DNA from: Selaginella moellendorffii
Taxonomy: Eukaryota; Plantae; Lycopodiophyta
Length of the DNA: 64,000 bases
NCBI RefSeq assembly: GCF_000143415.4
Contig: NW_003314357.1
Location: forward strand, 592,710 to 656,709
Direction: 5' to 3'
The first letter of the stretch is position 1, and every line of letters begins with the position of its first letter. Made by a program: the position numbers and the translations under genes. Below the pieces are notes generated by a model. The model saw only the letters and a list, made by a program, of their open reading frames with translations. It ran no database searches and was not told the DNA's origin. This document shows, piece after piece, positions 48,635 through 63,265 of the stretch.

Positions 48635-51600
48635 AACCCCAGGCAGCGGATGATCCGCCCGCTGAGGATAATTTTCTAGTGATCAGGTGAGTAGAGCAGG
48701 GCCGAATCATTCAATCTCTCTGGCTCCTCACGGGATCTTCCTGCAAGCGTGCAGCGGGTGTGCAGCGAGCTCACATTCAGCGATCCACGCGATATATCGA
48801 TGGTGCTCAAGGATTTGTTCCTGGCCGCTGTGTTTACAAGGGATTGGCGTGGTGTGTTTGAACGTGGTCGCATGGATAAGTGGATTTTCTTTGGTAGCTG
48901 AATGAGTATTGCTGCTTCTTTCCTATTTTACTTTTGTCATTCCTGAAGCTGGTCATCCCATTCCAAGTGCGTACCTCAGAGTAAAAGCCGTTTCTTTGTT
49001 TCTCGTGCATCAGCAGGCTTGAAAGCTGTGCATGATCCCAGTCCATTCAAGTTCTTGAGGCTTGGAGTTCCAGGCAAAGTCATCACGAAAACACATAATG
49101 TAGATTAGGTAGTAGACAAGTTTCAGTCTTGGTCATGAGATAAAGAAATTTGCCAGGTTGATGAAATTCCAATTTAGTTGGGAAGACTCCTTAACTCAGC
49201 AATGGTGGATCTATTCTTTGGTAGGCTTTCTCTCTTTGGATCCATGCCGAACACACTAAAGCACAATAAGAATAACATAATAATTCTTACTAAGTGGTAA
49301 TCTCTTGCACTGAATAAAAAAAAAGAGTACTAGAGCTGCGAAGAGAAAAGACCCTTGTTGCAATGGCTTTGCTTGCAAGAGATACCTAAAACTTTTAACG
49401 ATTCTTTCACTCTAGGTATTTTAAAGCAAGTCTGAAGATTAAATGCTTTCCATCTTGGGATTCTGAAGCATGGTTGGTTGACTAATATATTGTTCTTATA
49501 TTTTAATTAAGTAAAACTTTGCTAATAATAATTATTTTTAGTAATTCTTTTTAAATCTGGGTAGCATTCTAAATTTATCCATATTCAAAGTACCTAATTA
49601 AGTAATATTTAAATTAGTTCTTAGTAATTCTTCTTCTTTTACTTTTACTTTTAAGTATTCTAAGTTAATTTATATTCAAATTAAAACATAATTTACATGT
49701 AACTATGGCAAGTAATTTGCAATTGTAGGTTTTAGAGGTATACCTGAAGTAGGTAGCCTATTAAAAGAATGTATAAGTTTACAAGATATATAAATTTGCT
49801 TGAATTCTTTAAACACATCATGAAATAATCTTTTACCGCCATGGTTTTCATGTGTATAACCCTAAATGTGTTATATACTAATTATATATACCCTTTCTTT
49901 ATGACTAAATCTCCATTCTTGTATGTAAGCAGGTCTATTGTTTTTGGCAGTGTTTTGCTCAATGTTTGGGATTGTGCTTTTATTCTTATTCTTTTGTTCT
50001 CTTTTAAATCTAGATTTATATTAGCTTTTTGCTAAATCTAGGATTATAACTTTCTAATCTATTCTTCTTTTAATCTTCATTGCATTCATTTCTTCTGTCT
50101 GTAAGCAATAAGAAAAAAACAATTTGAAAGATAATCCATAAGGGTTAAAATATAAAAGAAAAGGGTCTATAAACAAGAGTGCACTTTTTTTAAAAAAATT
50201 TCTAAGGGTTTTGGAATACTTGAGGTTAAGTACCCTTGGGTTTAAATAATAGTGCATTGGGTGACTTTTCAGGAAGTTTATATTTATGAGTTTACATTGT
50301 CATGCTTCATTATTATTGATCAAGGACTAGGTTAAGTGATTTCTCAGAAAGTCTAAATTCAGGAATTTATACTGCCATGCTATACTATTATTAATCAAGG
50401 AGTCTGTCATTTAAGGTTACAAATGATATATCATTATTGTCACCTAATAATATTTTTTATATAGTTATATCCTCTTCAGATTAAGCTTTTGATGTTGTGC
50501 AGTATAATTTTAATTGTGTCATGCCCATCCTTGGTGTATTGCTATAGTTTGATTCTTAGAGAATATTCAAAAATCAAATTTATAGGAATAGACTTTTATT
50601 GATAAGGAATTCAATTACTTTGAAAAGTGTAAGCAACCAAAGGGAATGACTTGAGAAATACAATTTATAAATATAGCATACGTGATTTTCACTCTTTATT
50701 TTATAGTGATTTACTATAGAATAACCATGAAGAAGAACCTATACCTTCCATGTGCCATGTGTCATTTGCCATGTGCCACATACCATGTGTCTAAGGACAG
50801 TAAAGTAAAACTCAAGTTTTAAGGCTTTAAGCCATTAAATGAAGGGATAGAGCCAAACTCCTAAACATAGAGCCCAATAAGTGAAGAAAGCGAAACACAA
50901 AATGACTCCCAAATGTATAACCTAAGGAGAGAAGGGATAAAGGCACCAAGTGATGTTGGAATAATCCAAGAGTTTCTAGCATCCCAATGCTAGAACTAGC
51001 ATGTAAAACAGAGTTAAACGGAGTTTAGCATTATTTCAACATACCAATGGTCTAACACAAGGATATAGGTAATTCACTAGTTAATATAGTATGGAATTTG
51101 GGCTTGGACCCAAACCAAATAGAGAACAAGAATAAACGTGCAAATGAAAGCTAAATTATACATTTTCCTACTATACATTTGAAACCCCCCACAGTGGATT
51201 TCTCAACAATATCTAGTTCCTAAAATGATTCAACTAACAAAATTTAGTCATCTACCAACATATGACCATCAACAAACTTGATAGGGGGTTAAAGGTGTTT
51301 GGATCGAATGACTCAAGGACCTCCCAAGCAAGGTGACATTGATGCATCCAATACATCTGGTTGATCTACCAGACCACGCTGTCCCAAATTATACTTTTCA
51401 AGGACCATTTCTTCTGACCACCCCTTGTTGTCACAATAAATGTTGGCTTTCCAATTAGTGTTTATAAATTATGAATATGTTTATAATTATAAACTTCTAT
51501 TGAATAAATAAATAGGAATAACATTACTGTTATCTAGATTGACTAGACAAATTGACTTCTCCACATGAATGTGATTCACAGCTGAAGCAATAGATGATGA

Positions 51601-52334
51601 ACTAGTGCCTGAGGTCATTCCCCCTTGCTCTAGTGTGGTGGCATGATCTGGAAGTGGCTGTGGAGCATAGAAGATGGAACTATCCCCTTTTTAGCATTTA
51701 GTTTTAAGAAAAGTTAATTTAATTTATTTATATTACATTAAATCCATCAAGGAAGTCTTACTTGAAAACCACCATATCTAGCCTCAAGTGCATTAATATG
51801 CCCACACATAATAGCCATTATGCCATACATCTCCTCTTGCATCTTTTGTTAATTTTGGTTAATGGCTTGCAACTCAAGAACAATATCATAGATAGTCCAA
51901 ACCTTTATAGCTCTATTGAATACCACCATCAACAATAGGATTGTACATTTATTTTGGTTTGCCATTATAACCACCTTTGATATTAATGTTCTAAATGAAC
52001 AACAACCATTAGATAGTAGAATATCCTAGAATATCCAAGCATATTCAAATTATATTTAATACCACTTCAAGTTTGCTTAAGTAAACCAATAATAGATCTA
52101 TGGTGTTTGGTATCTTTGGTGATAACACAAAACCTCTACCACAAAGATTAGATGGTGGTAATTTAAACAGATGTAAATATTATTTAAATTACTAATTTTA
52201 TTTAAAATACCTGATTAATAAAACTGTTTGCAGCTAAGACCTTAATAGAATATTCTTTAGTATATCAGAATATTATTGTCAACTCCCTTGGCTCATTATT
52301 TACTAGCTCCTTGTATTAGCAAATCATTTTATAT

Positions 52335-52662
52335 AAAGCATAATCCTTGATGGTGATAACTATTTGAGAGAGATGCCATTTTAAGTTCTTTTTTAAACAC
52401 TACTAAACAATATATACCAAGTTTGGAATAGAATTTCAACACCACCAGTGTTTTATGGTTTCATGAGTAACAAAGTATAAACAAATTGTTGAGGTATTAG
52501 AATTGTCTATAATGGTGGTATAAAAAAAATGTTAATTAGCTGAGAGAGGAATTACTTTCTCCATTGGGAATAAAGTTTACATGAGCACACAAAAAAATGT
52601 ATTTAAGTTGAACACCATGATGAGCACAAGTGGTTTTGATAGAGTTTAAAAGGTACAAACAC
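52335..52662. repeat. AT-rich segment duplicated at ~55428-55744
   Basis: agcataatccttgatggt...agagtttaaaa(g/a)gtacaaaca occurs in both places. Confidence 0.75.
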
Positions 52663-53514
52663 TTTATAAAATGCAAATAAATACTATAAGTTTATATGTT
52701 TATAGTGGGTTGGAAGTAATGCTTATAAAAAATACAATTCTAGAACTACAGACTTGGCTGATATAGTGGTTTATTTGTTTTCTACATTTAAGGACTTTAG
52801 TTACTTCTCAAATAAGGAAGTACTCACATTGATCTCTTTATTAATTCTCTTTCTTTAGTAAATGAGTTTTAAAATACTTGATAAATAATAAATTTTATTA
52901 AAATTCACCATATGATATGGCTATCAAAAATAAGTTGCTCCAAATGCGTATCCAATGTGTGGCAACAAGTTAAGCAATAGAAGATAAACTCATACTTAAA
53001 AGCATTACAGTTAAAGGTGGAAGTTAAAAGTCTCAACATTAAACAACAATATTATCATTACAAGTATATAATTCTCAATTATAGAATTGATATTGTAAAT
53101 AAAAATATTCACCATATCACAACAAATTAATTTCCAAGTTGCACTTGCATATACTTCCTGCAATATTATATTTTTAGTGAGTTTTTAATCCCTTACAAAC
53201 ATATGTATTTTATCTATTTAATGCTTTTGGGAATGGATCCAAATGTTAAAATTTAGATTCATCACAATATCTTAATATGAGGGTTTCATAAAATTGAGAA
53301 AAATTAGATATTAGTATTGTATTTGTATTTGAAATTTTGTATATAAAATATTATTTATAAGTTACACATAAAATAAAAAGGGCATTTCTAAAAGTTACTC
53401 TGAAATTGATTTTATAGTAATAATTAAATATTTATTAATACTAATTATTATATTAAAAAATATTTTATTCTGGTGACAAGGAAAAACCTCTATTGATCAA
53501 GAAATATTTCCGCT

Positions 53515-55374
53515 CATATTTATTTAAATTATTTGTTTGTTAAAAATACTTCTTTAATAAAAATATTGCCACTAAAACATTAAGAAAATATTATTTAGTA
53601 TACCAGAATATTTTAAAAGTTTATTCTTAATGACTCCTTTTCTTGACTTGGTTCTCTCTATTGACAGATTGTACATCACCTAGTAAGCTTCTAATGATTA
53701 GTTTCTTTGAATTGATCAAGTGTGCCCAATATCTCTATTTGTTTGTTCAGGGGCTATGAGATACCAAAAGCAAATGCTCTTAAACTTTGAAAAAATGTGA
53801 AGGTGACATTTCCAATTTTGAAATTTTATAAGAAAGAAAACTTACTCATTTTAAAAGACTTTTAGCAATACAATTATGTAGCTAAATATGTTTATTAGAA
53901 AACAAAAATACAAAATAATATTTGTGTTAATAATAATTATAATAATAATACATAATATAGTAATAATATTCACAAGAACAAGGCTAGTGTTTTGCTTTGC
54001 AATGTTATTCAAGAGGATGAGTAAAGCAATTCGTAAAACCAACACAATATAAATCAAATTGGGATGATCTGGAATAGAGGAGTTCCCTCTCGTACACATC
54101 AAGCAACCCATCCTGTGGATTCCACACACATCTTTTTGAGGGTATTCTCCACAAATCCCTCGGCCTTAAACCTAGAACACTTCATAGGATGTTGCCAAAA
54201 TTAGATTTCATGACCTTGAGTATGTACATATCATTTCCATGCAGCTGCTTGGCTATAAAAGCTTGCTGTTCCTTCCAAACCTCATCTCTTAAAAAGCTCT
54301 TGAAATCCCAGGATGAGTACTAGAATGGTGAAAAGAAAAGCTTTGGATTTTTGGGATCGATACTAGCATCTCCAAATATGTTTGATTCTTGGATCGTTCC
54401 AGGCGTTTTGACCGATTCTACTCTGGAGGAGCTGTGGATCAATATCAATATGGAGCTATGTTGCACTGTGAGAATATCAAAACAGCAATGGATAGATTTT
54501 CCCACTTTTTTGCAAAAGGAAGTAGTTTATGCACACTGCTGGCTGAGCGTCTCCATGAGCTCCATGACTCACATTCAATGAGTGCCAAGTTTCCAGAGGT
54601 TTAAAAAAGCGAGTAAAAAAGTTTCGTTCACTGCAAGTTGCCATAACATTAAAGTTGTTTTTCTCTTTTTGAAATACCTAGAGCATTTCGTGATTGTGAG
54701 ATTAAATTGCTGTTTACATCTAGGTTTGGGCTCTTTGGCATGCTCAAGCCCGATGGCACCCTTGCTGACAATCCACAGCGTCACCAGCTCTCAAGTCCAC
54801 TCGTTTTTTTTTTCACAAAGCCAAAAGTACCTCTTTATTTTTTCTAAGTCAAGGGTTAGGTTATAATCTTTCTCGCTTGGATTTTTCTATTGTCAAAGCT
54901 CTCGTCAGGTAAGCTATGGTCTCTCATGCTCATGCCGCCCCAATGCTTGCCCGCCGAGCTCAAGTGCCCTAGCATGGCAGCCATCACCGAGCTTCACACC
55001 TGCGAGCTCCAACTCTAGCTCCAGCACATCCAGCACACCACCATGGACACCAAGGCCACGAGCCAGCGCCAGCTTTAGCTCCAGTTCTTCAAGGTGACAC
55101 TCCAGATCGAGCCCCAGCACCAGCTGCTTTCGTTCGCCCTGCTCACGGCCACCCTGGTCATCTAGCTCCAACGCCTGCTATCCTCGATCATGCTCGCCAC
55201 CACCATCCAGCTCCAGCAGCAGCAGTGTACCATCATCATCATGGTGATGGAGCTCCTCTGGTTGTTCACCACCATCACCATGGTCACCACCATGGTCACC
55301 ACCATGGAGGACGCCACAACCACCACCACCACCACCACCACCATCGCCATCGTCGCGACAGTCACGATGCAGCA
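53515..55374. repeat. Segmental duplicate, copy 1 (copy 2 at ~61695-63707)
   Basis: Collinear similarity from the AT-rich start through the tRNA-Ala remnant into the His-rich ORF. Confidence 0.88.
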
Positions 55375-55413
55375 TATTTTTGTGCACTCCTTTATTTAAG
55401 TTCTCTTTATTAG
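54916..55413 (+). pseudogene. His/Ala-Pro-rich protein gene, copy 1 (TAG at 54970, truncated before the TM segment)
   Basis: Same reading frame as the 63266 copy; TGG>TAG change; similarity ends at ~55374. Confidence 0.6.
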
Positions 55414-55745
55414 AAAATCCTTTTATATAGAGCATAATCCTTGATGGTAATAGTTATTTAAGAGAAATTTTATTTTAAATTCTTTTTTGAACAATGCATA
55501 CCATGTTGAAATAAAATTTTCAACACCACAAATGCTTTATAGTTTCATGAGTAATGAAGTATGAAAAAATTGAGGAGGCATTAGAATTATGTATAATGGT
55601 TCCAAAAATAAAATTTTAATTATCTTAAAGAGGAGTTGCCTTCTCTATCAAGAGTAGAGTTACATGAACATATAGAAAAATGCATTCGAAGTGAATACCA
55701 TGATAAGCACAACTGATTGTGCCAGAGTTTAAAAAGTACAAACAT

Positions 55746-58700
55746 TTGGACCTCACATCATCCCCTCCTCTCGGAATAATAGAAGACCATCAGGGTTCTT
55801 TTGTAGATGGGCCGGGATCTGGAGGAACATCAGGAGGAGGCATTGGCAGATCTGTAGGTGGTATTAATTGTTTATGATCTTTTTATACGAAGTGTTTTAA
55901 TTGTTGCACATGCATAATTTTTAGAGGATCGACATATTAGATGTTATGCCAAACCTCATAAACTTGTGGTCCAACTTGCTGCAACACTCAATATGGTCCT
56001 TTCCACTGAGTAAGGACCCCTTTAAATAAACCACATACTGTAAGATGGGGAAAACAGACTAACACCATGTCATCCACTTTGTATTCTGCAAGCGGACGAT
56101 GATGGGACTTGTAGCACTATTGTTATCCCACTTGTATGCGGCCTAAGTGTTTAGCAGACTCTACTCGAACAAGTGGAAGAATGTTTGTCAAATACTAATC
56201 CCACAACTTAGCATCGACAGCTTATGACAATTGCGAAGGTAAACCTTGCTTTGTTGGTAATATTAAATCATGACCACATAAAAGTTTATATGGTGAAGCA
56301 ACAAGAGAACTCTGCACCCCTGTGACATATGCATACCAAAGAAAAAGCAAATAACCATCCCAATTCGAATGTTAAAAGTTCATGTACTTTGCAATCATCC
56401 CTTTGAACGTCCGAACAAACCGTTCCACCAAACTGTCTAATTATGGATGATAAGCATTTGTGAAAGTGTGGCATATCCCCAACTGAGACGTCAAAATATG
56501 AAATGCCTCAACTATAAATGCAGGGCTATTGTCTGAAAGAATCCGCTCTGGACAAGAATGCTAGAACACCATTTAATTGAGGAGGAAGTATTCAATAGTA
56601 GTTGCAAAGGCGCTAGCAAGAGCACCAACTTCCACCCAATGAGTTAAGTAATCAAAAGCAATAATAACATATTCATTGCCAATAATTGATTGTAGAAAAG
56701 GTCTTATAAGATCAAATGCCAGCAACTTAAATAGACGGGAAATTGCAATTGAGTCCAATTGTCTTTCCAAGGCACGAGGGAGAGTATTACGGAATATAGC
56801 TATGCATATACCGGATAACATCACATTGCATCTCCAACTAATAGAAAGACCTATGCAACTTTTCAATCACACAACGATATCCTATATGCTCATCTAGAAC
56901 AAGAGAATCATGGTAGGCATGGAGAAACCATAGAATAAAGACAGAAGGCACCATCAGCCATAAAGGATCATCAGGATTTGTCCCCACAAAATAAAGAAGG
57001 CCATCTTCAAGGCAATATTGAAAATGTAAATGCTAGAATGACAAGTTATCAGTAAGTGATGCAAGATTCTTAAACCCATCTCAAAGCATTTGAATCCACA
57101 GCTCAATCTTTTGAGCCTCGCAAACCTCATCAAAAGAAGGTAAATCTTGTTCTGCACCTTGTGGATATTGAATGTCAAGTATAGCAATTGCCAACGGCAC
57201 AAAATCCTTGTCTAGAAAATTCACAGATGCTAGAACAACAGGCTTGTTAAAAACATGAGAAGAAAGAGAAGAAGGAAGAAGAGCTCAAGAAAAGGCATCA
57301 ACATTAGTCATAGAACTCCCTAGGTGATGAACAACATCAAAATCAAATATCTGAAGCTTCAAAGCCCACCGAGTAGTATGATTAATAGGTTCTTCTACTT
57401 CAATAAAGAAGTAATGGCAGCATAATCACCTTCAAGTAACATCCGAGAACCATGTAGATATGCATGAAGTTTCTCAAAACCCTAGATTGCTGTTAAACAC
57501 TCTTTCTCTGTCATGGAGTAGTTCACCTCCGCTAGTTGTAATGTACGGCTTATATACAATGGGATGGCGTTGACCAAGCACACTCAGGCTTTTTTGTATC
57601 AACACACTTCTAAGACTAATATAAAAAATATCCACATGCAAAATAAAAGGTCGAGTGTAGTCAGGATATACCAAAACTAGAGGAGTCGTCAATATCTCTT
57701 TGAGATCCACAAATGCTTGCTCACAATCCGAAGACCAGATGAAAGATGACATTGATGACTTCAGTAACGCTCGCAATAGTGCAGTGCAATCAGAAAGATG
57801 ATCCACAAAACGACCGGGATACTGCACCTTGCCCAGGAAGCATTACATATCATTCACACACTTTGGAGTAGGGAACTTTAGAATAGCCACAAGTTTGTCA
57901 TGATCAACTTACTGTAAGCCACAAATTTTTCCTTTCCAATTTGCCAGCTTACCTCGTCTATCCGTCCAACACTGCCTTGGCTTTTGCTAAGTTCCCTCAC
58001 CAAGGTTCTCGCCTATGGTACCAGATCCTACTTGGTTTCAGCTACTCACTACACGAGCAACGGAGTGTTAGCCATCCTTCCACGGATTCCCAAATCACTC
58101 CCAATCCCCCTCCCCGGGTTAGACTGGACTTAAGGTTCGGCTACACTCCCCGCAAGCACAAGCAGCCAAGCACACCAAGCTTCCAGGTTCCTAATGTCCC
58201 TTGGTACCACAAGACTTGATCATGGGACCCTCTAAATCCCAAGTCTTGAGTGCAACACTTGCTTCGGGATGCCGGGGCGAAACACCGTGGCCTAGCGGCC
58301 CGGTATGGGTACCTCTCGCCCCCCACTTCCATCCCGAAGGAAGGCCCAAGCCCCTAGGAAGGGCGAGGACCAATGAGCCGCATGGTACTCAAGTGGGGCA
58401 CCACTCCACATGAGCTAGGAGCACCACAATCGGTTTCCCTTTCGGGAGTGGGAGCTGCTCTTGAGCACTTCCTTGGATGGCCCCTCCGGCACCAGCCAAG
58501 TCCATGCTCACTCCCACCCAAGGCCCCTCGGTCCCAGTCTCAACCTCAAGTCAGTTTGGAAGCCCAACTGGAGAGTCCCTTCAAAACTGGTTCCTGGACC
58601 TCACTATCCCTACTATACTTTTGGAACCCCCTGCAGCCCCCCCCCCCTGGGAGACGCACGCTTTGGGCTTTCACCCTTTGACCCGTATTAGTATTTGGAC

Positions 58701-61691
58701 TTAGTCTCTGGCTCGATCTCGGACCCGATTTCGGATTCGGGTTCGGACTCGATCACGGACTCGATCTCGGACCCGATCTCGGACCCGACCTCGGACTCGA
58801 CCTCGGACTCGGTCTCGGACCCGATTTCGGATCTCGGACTCCGTCTCGAACTCGGTCTCGAACTCGGACTCGAACTCGGTCCCCGAGTTAGTCTCGGACT
58901 CGATTCCGGACTCTATCTCGAACTCGGTCCTAGAGTCGGTCTTGGACTCGATCCTCGACTTGGTCCCATCCAATGAACTCTTTGTCATTTCGGTCAAGCT
59001 TTTGGGGATCCTTTAGCCTACGACATCTTGGGGAGTCGGTTCCTTACACTTACAAACCCTCACGAGAAATATGGTACCCAAGATAAGTCGTGTCTTTGGA
59101 CCCAAACACGCACTTCGACCATTTCAGCTTTAAACCAACATCCCATAGTTGATCCAACACTTTACAAATATCATGAATGTGCTCCTTCCACGTCCCCTCC
59201 AAGTGGATCAAGACATCATCAATGAAGTCAGCAGTCACCTTCGGCATATCGCAAAGAACTTCATCCATCATCTACTAGAAAGTTGTTGGAGTATTGTTCA
59301 AACCAAACAGCATCACCAAAAACTCATACAAACCAAATGTTGTACAAAAAGTAGTCTTAGGAATATCTTCTTCAGCCATCAGTACTTGCCAACCCCCAGA
59401 AGCAAGATCTAGCTTGGTGAACCAACAACTTCGCACCAAACGATCCAAGAGATCAACAGTGTGAGGAAGAAGATACACATATAGGATCGTCACTTCATTT
59501 AACGGATAATAGTCGATGCAGAAACGAATACTCTCATTAGACTTTGTTATAAGATGAGGTTCACATGCCCAAGAACTCCGCAACATCTGAATAACACCCT
59601 TCTCCAACATCTTCTTGATGTTTGCATGTAAAAATCTTGATCTCTTTGGGTGACCGACGACAAACAACAACCTTGATTGGACAAGCATCCCCAGTTGGAA
59701 TCAGATGATATGTGGCAATCTTGGCCTTAAATAATAGGTCAAATTCAAAGAGATCAGAATACTCCTTCATGAGCCGGTCAACTGTTGCAACACAAAGATT
59801 GTCAGAGGGATCGGAAAAGAGAAGAGCAAAACAAGATAGAAATATAGGAAGAAATAGTGGGGGAACAAAAGAAATGGAAGCAAAAGTAGAAGTAAAGGGA
59901 TAAAGAGTACAGAAGTTAGAGGAATGGATGAAATATAAAGAAATATAAAACAAGGGGGAGAAGCCTTAAAGTCACACTTGGCATGATTGCGCTACAACCA
60001 ATCTATACCAAGGATGAAGTCAAAAGCTTGATTTGGCACCACCCACAATGATTGCAACCCAAGTTCAAGATTGCCCACACGCACAACTAGGTTCACCTCA
60101 TCCCGTGCATATGCATATGTATGGCCGTTGCCATAAACAATGAAAACTAGCTCCACTGCATAACATGTGGCAACAAGTCAAACAATAGAAGATAAACTTG
60201 AACATATATCAACCAACACAGAGAGAATAATAGGAGACTGCTTGTTATAAAAATAAGCTTGGAAAGTAAATACTGGATGAATTGGTGCCGAGTGAACCTC
60301 TTGATGATACTTCCGAAAGAAATATGGAGGGGTCACTAACTTATTCAAGGTCCCTCCATTACTCGCGCAACTCCTTGTTTCCCAGATGCATCTTAGTGTC
60401 CAAACCTTATACTGTAGCAGCACCAACAAGATGTTGTTGACGGCAAGGTGTCCACTCAGGAAATGGTGATCACTAATTTGGAAAACACCGACAATGCCGA
60501 TAAGTGTGACCAACTTCATCACATGCCCAACAACAAATATCACGGCCACAACCACGGCCTCACCCTTGTCCTTGGATTTGAGTAGTAGCATTATCAACTT
60601 CCATTGGAACAGGGCCATCACCCACAGGAAGTGGAGCTAAAGGATGTGAAGTGAGAAGTGGAAGAGGCGACGTTTTATAATGTTGTGCCAAGCGAAGAGC
60701 ATTATCAAGGGTGGCGGGAGCAAGTGCATGCATAAGTCTGACAAGATATTGATGAAGTGCTGGTCACAACATTCCTAACTTGATCCGCTTCAACATATTT
60801 GGCTCCGCACGAAGCAAGAGGCTTCGGAAACGAATGCTAAATTGCATCACCAACTCAGATGGCCCTTGACAAAGACGATGCAATTGTTGGAAAGTATCAT
60901 CACAATCGTCAGCATGTTCGAATGCGTGTTTAAAGACATCTAAGAGAATATTCCAATCCCCACAAGTGGTTGCGTTCAAACTATTATACCACTGCAATGC
61001 CATCCCTTAGAGACATGTGGAAAACTCACGCAAACGTCAAACATCATCCCAAGAATGATATATGGCAATCACCGTGAAGTGATCGAACCAATGGTACACA
61101 TCATCCCCAGGATTCCCGTAAAAGAACTCCAGCTGAACATAAGGATTGGCACTAAGAACAGGAGGAGTTGTACTACGCGCCGTGAATGCTGCCATCAACT
61201 GAGTTTGGCTGTTCAATTGCAATCACATAGCATTAAGCAATTGTACCAACTGCTGCTTCAAAGTCAAAAGAGGAGGAGATTGTTAATCTGCCATGAAGAT
61301 GAACGAAAAGGAAAAAGAAAAAAAGTAGAGATGAAAAAAGGCTAGAAGGAAAGGGAGATCTAGACAATGCAAAAAGCTGAATCTTGAAAAAAAAGAATAA
61401 AAGAAAAGAAATGGAAAAAGTTAGATTTAGATGATGCAAAAGTTATGTATAAACCAAAAATCCCAAATTTGAACACTCTTTAAGGATAATCAAAGGTGCC
61501 CCTCATCTCCATTAGTGTGAGTGCATGAAATATAAAAAGGGAATATAGAAAATGTGCATATTAATTAACCCAAAAACCCTAGTTTATATACAAGAGCGAG
61601 TGGTCTAGATTGAAACCAATCTGACAGCTACCAAAATCCCATTATGCTAATATTAGTATAGGGCATCGTAGCCGTACGCTTGGACCTCACA
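55746..61691 (-). mobile_element. Decayed short-LTR Ty3/gypsy retrotransposon, copy B
   Basis: 176-bp LTR tgtgag...ctcaca at 61516-61691; only 12 bp of the other LTR remain (55746-55757), followed by the PPT. Order is gag (CWACDEVGHTYRHC knuckle), PR, RT (FCIDY, KLDLASG), RH, INT, with many stops. Confidence 0.88.
57913..59048 (-). mobile_element. Solo LTR
   Basis: tgtaagcc...ccttaca with perfect 5-bp TSD cttac; reverse-complement homolog of 29715-30846; contains a hexamer array. Confidence 0.92.
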
Positions 61692-62571
61692 AGATCTAGA
61701 TATTATTTAAATTACTATTTTGTTTAAAATACCTGTTTGCCACTAAAACATTAAGAAAATATTCTTTAGTGTACCAAAATATTTTTAAAATATTCTTAAT
61801 GACTCCTTTTGTTGACTTGGCTCTCTTTATTACCAGATCCACTTGAAAGTACATTAAGTTGTACATTCTTGAGGTCAATAGGAAGGCATTGATTTCCTTG
61901 CTACAACTTACAAGTTCTAAAGGCATTAGTTTGGTTTTTATACAAGATCCAGGTAGGCAACATGCTTAGAATACAAGAAATGGAGAGAGGCCACCTTGAA
62001 ACAAAATCCATCACCTAGTAAGCTTTTAATAATTAGTTTTTTTGAATTGATCAAGCGTGCCCAATATCTCTATTTGTTTGTTCAGAGGCTATGAGAGACC
62101 AAACTCAAATGCATTTAAACTTTGAAAGAATGTAAAGGTAACGTTTCCAATTTTGAAATTTTGTAAGAAAAAAAAGTTACTCATTTTAAAAGACTTTTAG
62201 CTATACAATTATGTAGCTAAATATGTTTACTAGCAAACCAAAATACCAAATAATATTAGTGTTTATACAATTTAATTGCTACTGAAGATCATACAATTGA
62301 TTTATATTGTGTTGGTTTTACCAATTGCTTTACTCATCCTCTTGAATAACACTCTCTTTTTGTCCTCCTCTTGTGAATACTATTACTATTATTATAAGCA
62401 TTAGTAACATTCTTCATAGATGCTTTCCTATAGAAACCTGCTGGAGATGATGGTCTTTCCAAAGCTCATCACTCAAAAGGCTCTTGAAATGCAACAAAAG
62501 ATGCCAGAATCTCCAAGGATGAGTATTAGAATGGTGAAGAGAAAAGATTAGCATTTTTGTTTCTTTGCTAA

Positions 62572-62644
62572 GGGGATGTAGGTCAGATGGTAGAGCACTC
62601 GCTTAGCATGCGAGAGGCACCGGGATCGATACCCAGCATCTTGG
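62572..62644 (+). tRNA. trnA-AGC: tRNA-Ala(AGC) pseudogene
   Basis: ggggatgtaggtcagatggtagagcactcgcttagcatgcgagaggcaccgggatcgatacccagcatct(tgga); D-stem mutations and a lost 3' acceptor end. Confidence 0.85.
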
Positions 62645-63265
62645 ATTGTTCCAGGCGTTTTGAGCGATTTTACTGGTGTTGACCTTTAGGGGAGCTATGG
62701 ATGGATGTTGCACTGTGAGACCATCAAAACAGCAATGGATAGACATTTAATTTGTGTTTCTTTTTCCCACTTTTTTTCAAAAGGAAGTAGTTTGTGCACG
62801 TTAATGGTTTGTGTCTCCATGAGCTCCATGACTTGCATTTAATGAGTGCCAAGTTTCCAGAGGTTTGAAAAGCAAGTAAAAAAGTTTCGTTCAGATTGAG
62901 CCTAAAAAGGAGTTGCCATCAAATTAAAGTTGTTTTCTCTTTTGGAAATATTTGTACCTAGAGCATTTCGTGATTGTGAGAGTAAATCGCTGTTCACATA
63001 TAGGCTTGGGCTCTCTAGCATTTGTACCTAGAGCATTTCGTGATTGTGAGATTAAATCGCTGTTCCATCTAGGTTTGGGCTCTTTGGCATGCTCAAGCCC
63101 GATGGCACCCTTGCTGACAATCCACAGCGTCACCAGCTCTTGAGTCCACTCGTTTTTTTTTTCCACAAAGCCAAAAGTACCTCTTTATTTTTTCTAAGTC
63201 AAGGGTTAGGTTATAATCTTTCTCGCTTGGATTTTTCTATTGTCGAAGCTCTCGTCAGGTAAGCT

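Noticed and set aside
49500-53500. AT-rich stretch as a possible decayed element or gene
   Set aside because: No ORFs, termini or motifs that I could support beyond the short duplications listed
55162-55435. Poly-Val, poly-Gly and poly-Thr ORFs
   Set aside because: Alternative frames and strand of the CAC/CAT His tract
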